Source: Candidatus Cloacimonadota bacterium
GTDB taxonomy: Bacteria; Cloacimonadota; Cloacimonadia; Cloacimonadales; WRIO01
Direction of reading: 5' to 3'
DNA length: 16,044 nucleotides
Assembly (NCBI GenBank): GCA_029564175.1
Contig: JAKQQL010000371.1
Coordinates: 1-16,044, forward strand
The notes under the pieces are model-generated. The model was not told where the DNA came from, did no database searches, and saw only the letters and a program-made list of their open reading frames with translations. Shown here piece after piece: positions 8,954-16,044 of the stretch. Both the position numbers and the translations under genes were made by a program. How positions within the stretch are numbered: the stretch's first letter is position 1; every line of letters begins with the position of its first letter.

Positions 8954-11770
8954 ATGAAAAAATTGTTAATGATTATTGTATTGGCACTGGCACTACAGTG
9001 TTTAACAGCAGCAGAAGAATGGGTTCAGCCGGCTTATATGGCAAAAAATGACATATTATACTCCTTTAATGGCAGTCTGGTACTTCCAAATGGAGTCGTA
9101 AATGTCGTGCATACAAGAGATGGTATGTTTGCACAATATCTTGGTTTTAATGGGGTCAAACAATGGGGAGAAAAGGGAGTTAAACTATTGAATGAGAACC
9201 CTATGAATTCTCCCTATAATGATTGTAGAATTATTCAATCAGATTCTCATAGTGTAATTATTGCAGTATTACTGTATCAATTCAATATTGTCAAAGTTCA
9301 AAAGCTCAGTTTAAATGGAGATTTATTGTGGGAAGCACCTCTCATCCTTTATGGATACGGTTCAAAAATCACCTATTTTAAGCCTGATAACAGAGGAGGG
9401 GCTTATATCTCCTCTTATAAAAATATTGATTTTATTAAACATATCAGCTCAGCCGGAGAACTAACAACTCCTTTTCCGGATGATTCGAGTTATAGTTATG
9501 ATTTTCATGTATCTGGAGATGGCACTTTTTATATATTGAAATCCGGAAGTCTGACAAAGTACGCTCATAACGCTGAAGTCCTTTGGACAAGGCAAATCAG
9601 TATGCAGTTTCCAATGTATATTAATGAACTGGATCTGGGTCATATTGTGGTTACGGGTCGTGATTTTACACATTACAAAGCCAATAAGTTTTCTCAGGAA
9701 GGTCAAAACCTCTGGAATATTGACGGGATTGAATTACTGACTGCATACAATACAAATCTTAATTCGGTTAAAACAAGTGGCAATAATTTGATTCTGATGT
9801 ATCATAAAGACTCTCAGATCCTGTTGCAGAATATCAGCGTAACAGGCAATCCTGTATGGCCACAGCCGATTTCATTTGGCAATATCTATAATCCGTATTG
9901 CTGTTCAGAGATAAGTATCACACCTGATCACTATATCAATGTCGTCTGGCAGGAGAAAAAATATATTGGTTCAAGTTTTTATTATATTAAGCTTCTTTTC
10001 CAGCGAATCAGTGATGATGGGACATTTTACTGGGATACGCCTAAACTTTTATCAGAAGATTGGACTCATAATTTTGAGAAAGCTTTACCATTAACCTTCT
10101 ACAAAAATAATCATGTTTATTATTTAGAACTGACGAATGATCATCAGTACAGCATCCTGTACCAGAAAAATGAGTTTGAGCCTCAGAACAAACAGATTAA
10201 ACATGAAATCTTTAAGGCACAAATGATGGAATTGAGAAATGAGTTCCATCAATGGAATGGTCAAAATACCTTTATGATATGGAAAAACATATCGGATAAT
10301 CAATACGAAATCTATTATCAACTGATCAATCAGGAGGGGATTTTATTACTTGAAGAGGGGGGCAGACCCTTATACAAAGGACAAAATGGGCAATTGATTC
10401 ATGGCACATTTAAAGATCAGGAGGGTCATTATTACATCGTATGGTCAGAAGATCCAAATCATTATTTAAACCAATATGCTTATTTTTCTGATGATGAAGT
10501 CCCTAACCGTAACATCGATCAAAATACCTATATCCAAAAAATAAATGGCTTTAACGGACGCCCCATGTATCCGGATAAAGGCATTATCCTGCATCAAGGG
10601 ATAATAAGCCCTCAGATTATGACTCAGGGAAATACTCATTATTTCTATTATGATAAAGAGAATCACATTTATTCCCAAAAAATGACAAATGATGAATTAC
10701 AATGGGATATTAGTGGGAAATTAATCTTTGATAATGTATTCAATGAAATTTTTTATTACGAACTACCCTGCCCTGAAGAGAATCTCCTCATTAAAAAAAG
10801 CCTGTTTGATAGCAAAACACTTTTTAAACTATATCTCTTTGACCATGATTCTAATCCTGCTGAGAACTGGCCTCAGAATGGCGTAGAAATTTTCCGATAT
10901 GAACGTAATAACTGGTCAAATGTGAAGGTCTTCCATGTGCAAAATTCATACCTCTGCATTTTATACGATGAAGAGAATATTCAATATACCGTACTGGACG
11001 AAAACGGAAATATCATCCAAAACAAACAAACGCTAATAGATATCACTGACAAATATGTTGCGCATATCCTCTTTGATGAAAGACTTTATATCATTGGAAA
11101 CTACTCAAATCAAATCGTAAAATGGGTCTTCGAATATCAGAATAATGAACTAATCCCCAGATTTGATACCTTCCAAACGATTGATCACCCCTATTTTAGA
11201 TATATAGAAGAGGCATTACCGATGCAGGACAAGTTCTTCGTTACAAAAGCTTTAAGAAATGATTATTATCAGCTTTTACATGATTCCTATATGATTTTCG
11301 ATGAAAATGGCATAGCAACAGGAGAACCTACTCCACTCTTCACAAATACCAATCCGCATGGAGAAACTGCTTTTAAGATAAAAATCAACAATGAAAGCCT
11401 CTATGCCGTTTTTCAATCAAATTACAACTACTACCTGCAAAAAATCAGTATCTATCCTTTTACGAATCATAATGATGAATGCCTCAGTTTAAATCAGATC
11501 AGTCTTTCTCAAAACTACCCCAATCCTTTCAATCCTTCCACAAAGATATGCTATACTCTGAAAAATGCTGGTGCAACTGAGCTTTCTATCTTCAACATCA
11601 AAGGGCAAAAGGTCGCTACTCTGGTCAATGAGGTGAAGACTGCCGGTACCCATGAAATCACCTGGAATGGTATCGATGAACAGAATAAAAAAGTATCATC
11701 TGGCATATATTTCTACCGTTTGCAATCTGGTACATCCAGTATCACCAAGAAAATGATCTTAATGAAATAA
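8954..11770 (+). CDS. Secreted beta-propeller-like repeat protein with C-terminal FlgD-Ig / T9SS-type sorting domain
   Basis: RBS AAGGAGG 8942-8948, ATG 8954; signal peptide MKKLLMIIVLALALQCLTA; recurring Q-x-[IL]-x-x-x-G-x-x-x-W units; C-terminus QNYPNPFNPST...IFNIKGQKV...SSGIYFYRL...KKMILMK. Confidence 0.9.
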   Translation: MKKLLMIIVLALALQCLTAAEEWVQPAYMAKNDILYSFNGSLVLPNGVVNVVHTRDGMFAQYLGFNGVKQWGEKGVKLLNENPMNSPYNDCRIIQSDSHSVIIAVLLYQFNIVKVQKLSLNGDLLWEAPLILYGYGSKITYFKPDNRGGAYISSYKNIDFIKHISSAGELTTPFPDDSSYSYDFHVSGDGTFYILKSGSLTKYAHNAEVLWTRQISMQFPMYINELDLGHIVVTGRDFTHYKANKFSQEGQNLWNIDGIELLTAYNTNLNSVKTSGNNLILMYHKDSQILLQNISVTGNPVWPQPISFGNIYNPYCCSEISITPDHYINVVWQEKKYIGSSFYYIKLLFQRISDDGTFYWDTPKLLSEDWTHNFEKALPLTFYKNNHVYYLELTNDHQYSILYQKNEFEPQNKQIKHEIFKAQMMELRNEFHQWNGQNTFMIWKNISDNQYEIYYQLINQEGILLLEEGGRPLYKGQNGQLIHGTFKDQEGHYYIVWSEDPNHYLNQYAYFSDDEVPNRNIDQNTYIQKINGFNGRPMYPDKGIILHQGIISPQIMTQGNTHYFYYDKENHIYSQKMTNDELQWDISGKLIFDNVFNEIFYYELPCPEENLLIKKSLFDSKTLFKLYLFDHDSNPAENWPQNGVEIFRYERNNWSNVKVFHVQNSYLCILYDEENIQYTVLDENGNIIQNKQTLIDITDKYVAHILFDERLYIIGNYSNQIVKWVFEYQNNELIPRFDTFQTIDHPYFRYIEEALPMQDKFFVTKALRNDYYQLLHDSYMIFDENGIATGEPTPLFTNTNPHGETAFKIKINNESLYAVFQSNYNYYLQKISIYPFTNHNDECLSLNQISLSQNYPNPFNPSTKICYTLKNAGATELSIFNIKGQKVATLVNEVKTAGTHEITWNGIDEQNKKVSSGIYFYRLQSGTSSITKKMILMK

Positions 11771-11776
11771 TAATGT

Positions 11777-11799
11777 GTAAAACGACCATCCTGGTCGTT
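11777..11799 (+). repeat. GTAN-tagged REP-like hairpin directly after the stop codon
   Basis: GTAA-AACGACCA-TCC-TGGTCGTT, perfect 8-bp stem. Confidence 0.75.
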
Positions 11800-11978
11800 T
11801 ACAATAAACTTTATTCGGAGACACCTACGGTGCCATCGTATTGTGTGAACCTTACCAGACCTTGCCAGGTCTGGCTACCAATCGATAGCAGCTATGCTGC
11901 TGTTTTATTCAAGCAGGCAGTTTGTGATACAGTTTTTTTACGAATTATTAACTCAAAACACTGTCTCTTTGTTCTCTT

Positions 11979-12002
11979 CTCCGCGCCTCCGCGTCTCCGC
12001 GT
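11979..12002. repeat. Octamer tandem repeat CTCCGCG(C/T) x3
   Basis: CTCCGCGC CTCCGCGT CTCCGCGT followed by GAGG; CTCCGCGTGAGGT recurs at 14430-14442. Confidence 0.8.
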
Positions 12003-12008
12003 GAGGTT

Positions 12009-12123
12009 GATTTCGCAAGCTGGTAGCTTACGTTACACTTTCAGCTTTTTCCAAGCAGGATGCTTGCAGTACGGAGAACGTACCACCCCGCTCCTGCGGA
12101 GCACCCCTCCACGGGATGGGAAT
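12009..12123 (-). repeat. Composite REP-like element, left direct repeat flanking the AAA/nuclease gene
   Basis: 115 nt, ungapped alignment to 14305-14419 with 97/115 identities (hand count). Contains GTAA- (12036-12014) and GTAC- (12072-12050) tagged hairpins plus a CCCCTCC unit. Confidence 0.92.
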
Positions 12124-12194
12124 TTTAAACTATAGTTTTTTAACTCCAATCCTTATCTCTTGTTCTCTTTATCCTCTTTATTAAATATCCTTGT

Positions 12195-13964
12195 CTAAAA
12201 AAATTCCTCACAATAGGCAAGCTCCCAGCCGTGGAAGATGATAATCAACTTTTTGAGTTTGATTTGACCATAGGGAGGCAGTGCCAGCATTTTGCAGGCG
12301 AAGTCGTCATTGGCATACTGACTCAGCTGTTTTTCGGCAGTGGCTATTTTTTCAGCGAGTGCTTCCTGAAGTGCCTTATCTTTGAGGGAACGGGGCAGGT
12401 ATTTGAATTCGATAAGGTAGGCATATTCCATATCCGGGTAACGGGCAGTGAAGGGTTTTAAAATCAAATCGGCATAGCCTTTATTCATTTCTTCTTCGGA
12501 GGCAGCGACATAGAAATCGTAGATATTGAGATAGGCGAGATAAAAGGCTTTGACGACTTTTTCGCTGTCCATATAATCACGGAGTTTGGTTTGCGTCTTG
12601 AGAAGGGATTCGATAAAATAAAAGACCGGTTTGAATTCTCCGGTATATGCCAGGTCAGCCACATTATTTTTCAGTTTGAGGATATCAAAGGAGAAATTGT
12701 AAGCGTAGTAGATGGATTCGCGGATATATTCAAAGATCATCCGGCGAATGGTTTCGTTGGGGATTACCAGCCAGGGCCTGCCCTTGATCGTTCGCCCTGA
12801 ATGGGTCAGTAGCCCGAAATAGTAGAGCAACGAGATAAAATTATCCGGATTGGCGATGCGGTCAAAAGGAAAACTGGTTACGATGTCAGAGGCAATCCCG
12901 CCATCTTCGGCAATCTGTGACAGATTCTCATAATTTCCGTTGAGTTTTTTATCCATGATAATCAGGTAACGGAGCTTGCCGTAATCCATACGGAGATTGT
13001 CATCAATGAGATTAGCGGGGATATTCCCGGCACGAATGGCTTTATTTATAAAATATAAAACAGCATCAGGATTAAACAGAGATTCCGTACTCTCAACAGA
13101 AAAAATGTAATGATCATACCATTTTTTCATGATAGTAAGACTTTTTTCTTTGTTTATTGTCAGTTCACCTACTGATATATAGTAATTCAACATATCGTTT
13201 ACATCTTTTTCAGTAAAGCCGAGAAGATTGTTAAAACGGAAATCCAGTGAAATATTATCTCCTATATTAAATCCGCTGGTTACATCATCCATGGTAACAG
13301 GCGATACACCGGTTATAAAAAGTCTGGCAAGACCCGAACCGGTGCCAGAAGTCAGGAGTTTCAAATTGGTAAAGAATTGTTTGAAATAACCTGCCTGGCG
13401 GGTGATTCTCTTGTATTCGTGTTCACCGAAATTTGTCAGTAAAGTATTGGTAAAGTTATCGTATTCATCGATGAAAAGATAGAGTTTGTAGTCTGTTTCG
13501 CGTAATTTACTGGCTAAAATATGCAGTTTTTCATGGGCAGGATAAGGTTTTATCAGTTCATTGAAAACCTCTGCCGGGATAAAATCCTTATATTTGTTTA
13601 AAAAGGTGTCAATTTCAAGCAGACAATAGTGGTTAAAATCCTCCTGAATCTTCTCTTTTTCCTTCAGAACAGCCGAAAAATTGAAATACAACACCATGTA
13701 TCTCCCTCTGTCTTCTGTCGGGTTTTCCAGAATCCAGGTATCGTGGAACATCTCCTGAAAGCGCGCTTTGTATTTTAAATCATAATAGGAATGCAGGGTA
13801 CTTAGAAAAAGAGATTTGCCAAATCGGCGGGGACGAATCAGGAAAATGTAGGGGGTTTTCTCCAGTTCAGGGATATACATGGTTTTATCCACATAATAAT
13901 CATTATGAAAATTCACATATTCAAAATCTGATTTGCCGTAGGGTATTCTCTTTATTTTTTCCAT
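12195..13964 (-). CDS. AAA-ATPase-like domain (PF09820-type) fused to a C-terminal PD-(D/E)XK nuclease (PDDEXK_9/DUF1703-type)
   Basis: N-terminal IPYG...YYVDKT; Walker A RPRRFGKS; Walker B LFIDEYD; FITGV...SGFN; SLLYYFGLLT...IPNE; nuclease GYADL...LIEFKY. RBS AGGAG at 13975-13971. Confidence 0.93.
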   Translation of the reverse strand: MEKIKRIPYGKSDFEYVNFHNDYYVDKTMYIPELEKTPYIFLIRPRRFGKSLFLSTLHSYYDLKYKARFQEMFHDTWILENPTEDRGRYMVLYFNFSAVLKEKEKIQEDFNHYCLLEIDTFLNKYKDFIPAEVFNELIKPYPAHEKLHILASKLRETDYKLYLFIDEYDNFTNTLLTNFGEHEYKRITRQAGYFKQFFTNLKLLTSGTGSGLARLFITGVSPVTMDDVTSGFNIGDNISLDFRFNNLLGFTEKDVNDMLNYYISVGELTINKEKSLTIMKKWYDHYIFSVESTESLFNPDAVLYFINKAIRAGNIPANLIDDNLRMDYGKLRYLIIMDKKLNGNYENLSQIAEDGGIASDIVTSFPFDRIANPDNFISLLYYFGLLTHSGRTIKGRPWLVIPNETIRRMIFEYIRESIYYAYNFSFDILKLKNNVADLAYTGEFKPVFYFIESLLKTQTKLRDYMDSEKVVKAFYLAYLNIYDFYVAASEEEMNKGYADLILKPFTARYPDMEYAYLIEFKYLPRSLKDKALQEALAEKIATAEKQLSQYANDDFACKMLALPPYGQIKLKKLIIIFHGWELAYCEEFF

Positions 13965-13982
13965 TATCCACTCCTTTTTCTA

Positions 13983-14010
13983 ATTATACAAAATATGCTT
14001 TCTTTGTCAA
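13983..14010 (-). promoter_or_regulatory. Consensus sigma70 promoter of the AAA/nuclease gene
   Basis: Minus strand TTGACA (14010-14005), 16 nt, TATAAT (13988-13983). Confidence 0.75.
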
Positions 14011-14024
14011 GTTTTTTAAAAACC

Positions 14025-14116
14025 GTAGTGCAAACATCCTTGTTTGCAGATTTTCACCCGTAGTGCAAACATCCCTGTTTGCAGCACAAAATAACAATCA
14101 GGGATGATTGTTGTAC
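14025..14116. repeat. Cluster of three GTAG/GTAC-tagged REP-like hairpins (two direct, one inverted)
   Basis: GTAG-TGCAAACA-TCCT-TGTTTGCA 14025-14048 (+); GTAG-TGCAAACA-TCCC-TGTTTGCA 14060-14083 (+); GTAC-AACAATCA-TCCC-TGATTGTT 14116-14093 (-). Confidence 0.9.
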
Positions 14117-14121
14117 GGGTA

Positions 14122-14171
14122 AATTCCCCTCCTGTGGAGGGGTGTCCCTTTGGGACGGGGTGGTAAGTTCA
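14122..14171 (+). repeat. CCCCTCC two-hairpin element
   Basis: AATTCCCCTCCTGTGGAGGGGT-GTCCCTTTGGGAC-GGGGTGGTAAGTTCA; first 23 nt identical to 8821-8843. Confidence 0.9.
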
Positions 14172-14304
14172 TTTATACTGAAGGATTATTAAAAATATAT
14201 TCCCCTGATGTTTTATGTTTCACCATTGTATAAACATGGCTTTATCAGGGTATTTTTTAGCGTACCACCCCGGCACTGACGCTATAAAACCGAAGATCAC
14301 AAAG

Positions 14305-14419
14305 GATTTCTCAAGCTGGTAGCTTACGATACACTTTCAGCTTTCTACAATCAAAATGCTTGTAGTACGGTGAACTTACCACCCCGTCACTCCGTGCCAC
14401 CCCTCCACGGGAGGGGAAT
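14305..14419 (-). repeat. Composite REP-like element, right direct repeat flanking the AAA/nuclease gene
   Basis: Direct copy of 12009-12123 at an offset of 2296 bp; GTAT- (14332-14310) and GTAC- (14368-14346) tagged hairpins plus a CCCCTCC unit. Confidence 0.92.
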
Positions 14420-14429
14420 GTTTTCTTTT

Positions 14430-14512
14430 CTCCGCGTGAGGTGAATTACGCAAGCAAGTTGCTTGCGCTACAACAGAACTACCATCCAGTATTCCCCTCC
14501 AAAGAGGGGAAT
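14430..14512 (-). repeat. Shortened composite repeat copy
   Basis: CTCCGCGTGAGGT, then GTAG-CGCAAGCA-ACT-TGCTTGCG (14471-14449, minus; closest relative of the array repeat), then ATTCCCCTC-CAAA-GAGGGGAAT (14491-14512). Confidence 0.8.
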
Positions 14513-14519
14513 TTGACTG

Positions 14520-14552
14520 CAAAACAAAACAAGGGACCTTGCGGTCCCTTGT
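14520..14552 (-). terminator. Rho-independent terminator of the surface-protein gene
   Basis: Minus strand ACAAGGGACC-GCAA-GGTCCCTTGT (10-bp stem, GNRA loop) followed by TTTGTTTT, 23 nt after the stop codon. Confidence 0.85.
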
Positions 14553-14575
14553 CGTTCTCCTTGGCGTACTACTTC

Positions 14576-16044
14576 TTACTTAAGGAGTAAAGCTTTACGA
14601 ACTTTATTGTAGCCTTTGGTATCCATTTTGTAGAAGTAGATACCGGATCCAACTGCTTGTCCGTGATCATTTGTACCATTCCATATAATAGTATGTCGGC
14701 CTTTTTCCATCATACCTTTAGCTAAAGTTTTCACTTTCTGGCCTTTGATGTTGAAGACTTCCAATGAGACATTCTGATTATCTTTCAGACTGAATTCTAT
14801 GGTTGTGGTAGGGTTGAATGGGTTAGGGTAGTTAGTACGAAGTTCATTGATGTATAGAGGTTCTACGACATCGTCACCTGAAACCGCATTGATATTGAAA
14901 GCGTACATGTTTTGAACAGTACCAGTTCTGCCACCAGGGATGGACTGAAGGGTATTGATAAAGGTTACCACTTCGGATCCTGGTTTCCACAGTTTGAAGG
15001 TAATGGTTTCGTTTGCAGTGACTGTGTTAACCAGTACGAATGCATAAGTCTGACCTTCAACGCGTTTTACTTTTTGTTTAGCGCGTAGTTCTTCACCTAC
15101 ATAAGCTGCCACAACATAAGCTGTATCAACAGCTGATCCGTTAGCAGTTATTTTACCAATGACCAGATGAGAGTTTGGTAATACTTTTACTTTACCAAAT
15201 GGGTCTGTACGGTCATTTTGTACTTTTGCAGGTTTAACAGATTTTCTGACATTGTTCTGTACATATTCAGCAGATTTTGCACTACGGCTTGCACCTGCTT
15301 TTACGACACGGATCACATATTCAGTTCTGGAGGCAGCAGCATTGACATCTTCTACCCAAAAACTTGCAGGGTTGTTCGCACTTAAATCAAATGCTGCGCC
15401 TGAAGCGTAAAGATTACCTGCTACTGCTGCATCATATAAGCCAAGTCCATCATGAGCAAAGTATATATGTGCTCCAGCTAACTGAACATCTGTAGTAGCA
15501 ACAGGAACACTGATGACAAATTCATCTGGGTTTGCATTCGTGTTTAAATGACCAGGATATACAGTTCCATCAATCTCTGCTGAGAATGCTGTCAGATTTG
15601 CAGCTGTAGCTACGGCTTCAGTAGCAACAATACTGTAGAATACAAGCTGAGCATTTTGTTGGTGTGCATTATCTGAAAGATCATCACTAGCCAAAACAAT
15701 ATAATTTGTTCCTGTATAATCTTGGGCATCAAAAGTACCGCCTGTTTCATCTCCTGTATAAGTAATTACTTCTCCGTTAGCACCGTCAGCGATAAAATCA
15801 AGCATTGCTTCGTAACCATCATCTGCTAAAACTCCAAGAACTGTATCATCAGTACCTGCATCACCCATTTCTACAGCGGTGAAAATTTTAACTAAAGCAG
15901 GATCAAATTGACTATTAAGCTCTAATGTTGCTACAAGAGCAGATACATCTTCACCATTTGCATAGTTAAAGGCAATATCTTTTGGAGAAGTTGCAGTACC
16001 AATATTGGTATTATCGATAGTTGTAATCATATCACATGAATTCA
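14576..16044 (-). CDS. Large acidic surface protein, 5'-truncated: Ig-like (DUF5018-like) domains and C-terminal FlgD-Ig / T9SS-type sorting domain
   Basis: The frame stays open past ATG 16030 to the window edge. ANLTAFS...FVISVP...SGAAFDLS...YVIRV resembles a DUF5018-like Ig repeat. C-terminus TNYPNPFNPTT...FNIKGQKVKTL...GSGIYFYKM...RKALLLK. Confidence 0.88.
   Translation of the reverse strand, partial: NSCDMITTIDNTNIGTATSPKDIAFNYANGEDVSALVATLELNSQFDPALVKIFTAVEMGDAGTDDTVLGVLADDGYEAMLDFIADGANGEVITYTGDETGGTFDAQDYTGTNYIVLASDDLSDNAHQQNAQLVFYSIVATEAVATAANLTAFSAEIDGTVYPGHLNTNANPDEFVISVPVATTDVQLAGAHIYFAHDGLGLYDAAVAGNLYASGAAFDLSANNPASFWVEDVNAAASRTEYVIRVVKAGASRSAKSAEYVQNNVRKSVKPAKVQNDRTDPFGKVKVLPNSHLVIGKITANGSAVDTAYVVAAYVGEELRAKQKVKRVEGQTYAFVLVNTVTANETITFKLWKPGSEVVTFINTLQSIPGGRTGTVQNMYAFNINAVSGDDVVEPLYINELRTNYPNPFNPTTTIEFSLKDNQNVSLEVFNIKGQKVKTLAKGMMEKGRHTIIWNGTNDHGQAVGSGIYFYKMDTKGYNKVRKALLLK

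Noticed and set aside
11773..12135. 120-aa ORF
   Set aside because: Composed largely of repeat elements (hairpins, octamers, CCCCTCC unit), with no protein-like features.
12009..14419. Integron cassette with attC sites, or an IS element
   Set aside because: No clear RYYYAAC/GTTRRRY-bounded attC structure, no integrase or transposase, and no target-site duplication seen.
16028..16030. ATG as true start of the last gene
   Set aside because: The frame is open to the window edge and there is no RBS or signal peptide, so the gene is truncated.

Overview
AT-rich bacterial chromosomal window. Two genes end in the NYPNPFNP...FNIKGQKV (FlgD-Ig / T9SS-type C-terminal) domain, which suggests Candidatus Cloacimonadota or a related FCB-group lineage (inference). 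Seven protein genes are supported: a soluble 8-PAS hybrid histidine kinase (HisKA-HATPase-REC-REC-Hpt); an MFS transporter and polysaccharide deacetylase operon; a secreted YfaP/DUF2135-like protein; a secreted beta-propeller-like protein with the C-terminal domain; an AAA-ATPase/PD-(D/E)XK nuclease; and a 5'-truncated acidic surface protein. The most notable signal is non-coding. About 15 copies of a 'GTAN + 8-bp stem + 3-4 nt loop' REP-like hairpin show compensatory stem changes, four of them forming an exact 60-bp-period CRISPR-like array at the left edge. A second two-hairpin element (CCCCTCC-N3-GGAGGGG...GGGGTGG) combines with them into ~115-bp composites that flank the AAA/nuclease gene as direct repeats and the secreted-protein gene as inverted repeats. 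No transposase, RAYT, cas, tRNA or rRNA gene is visible.
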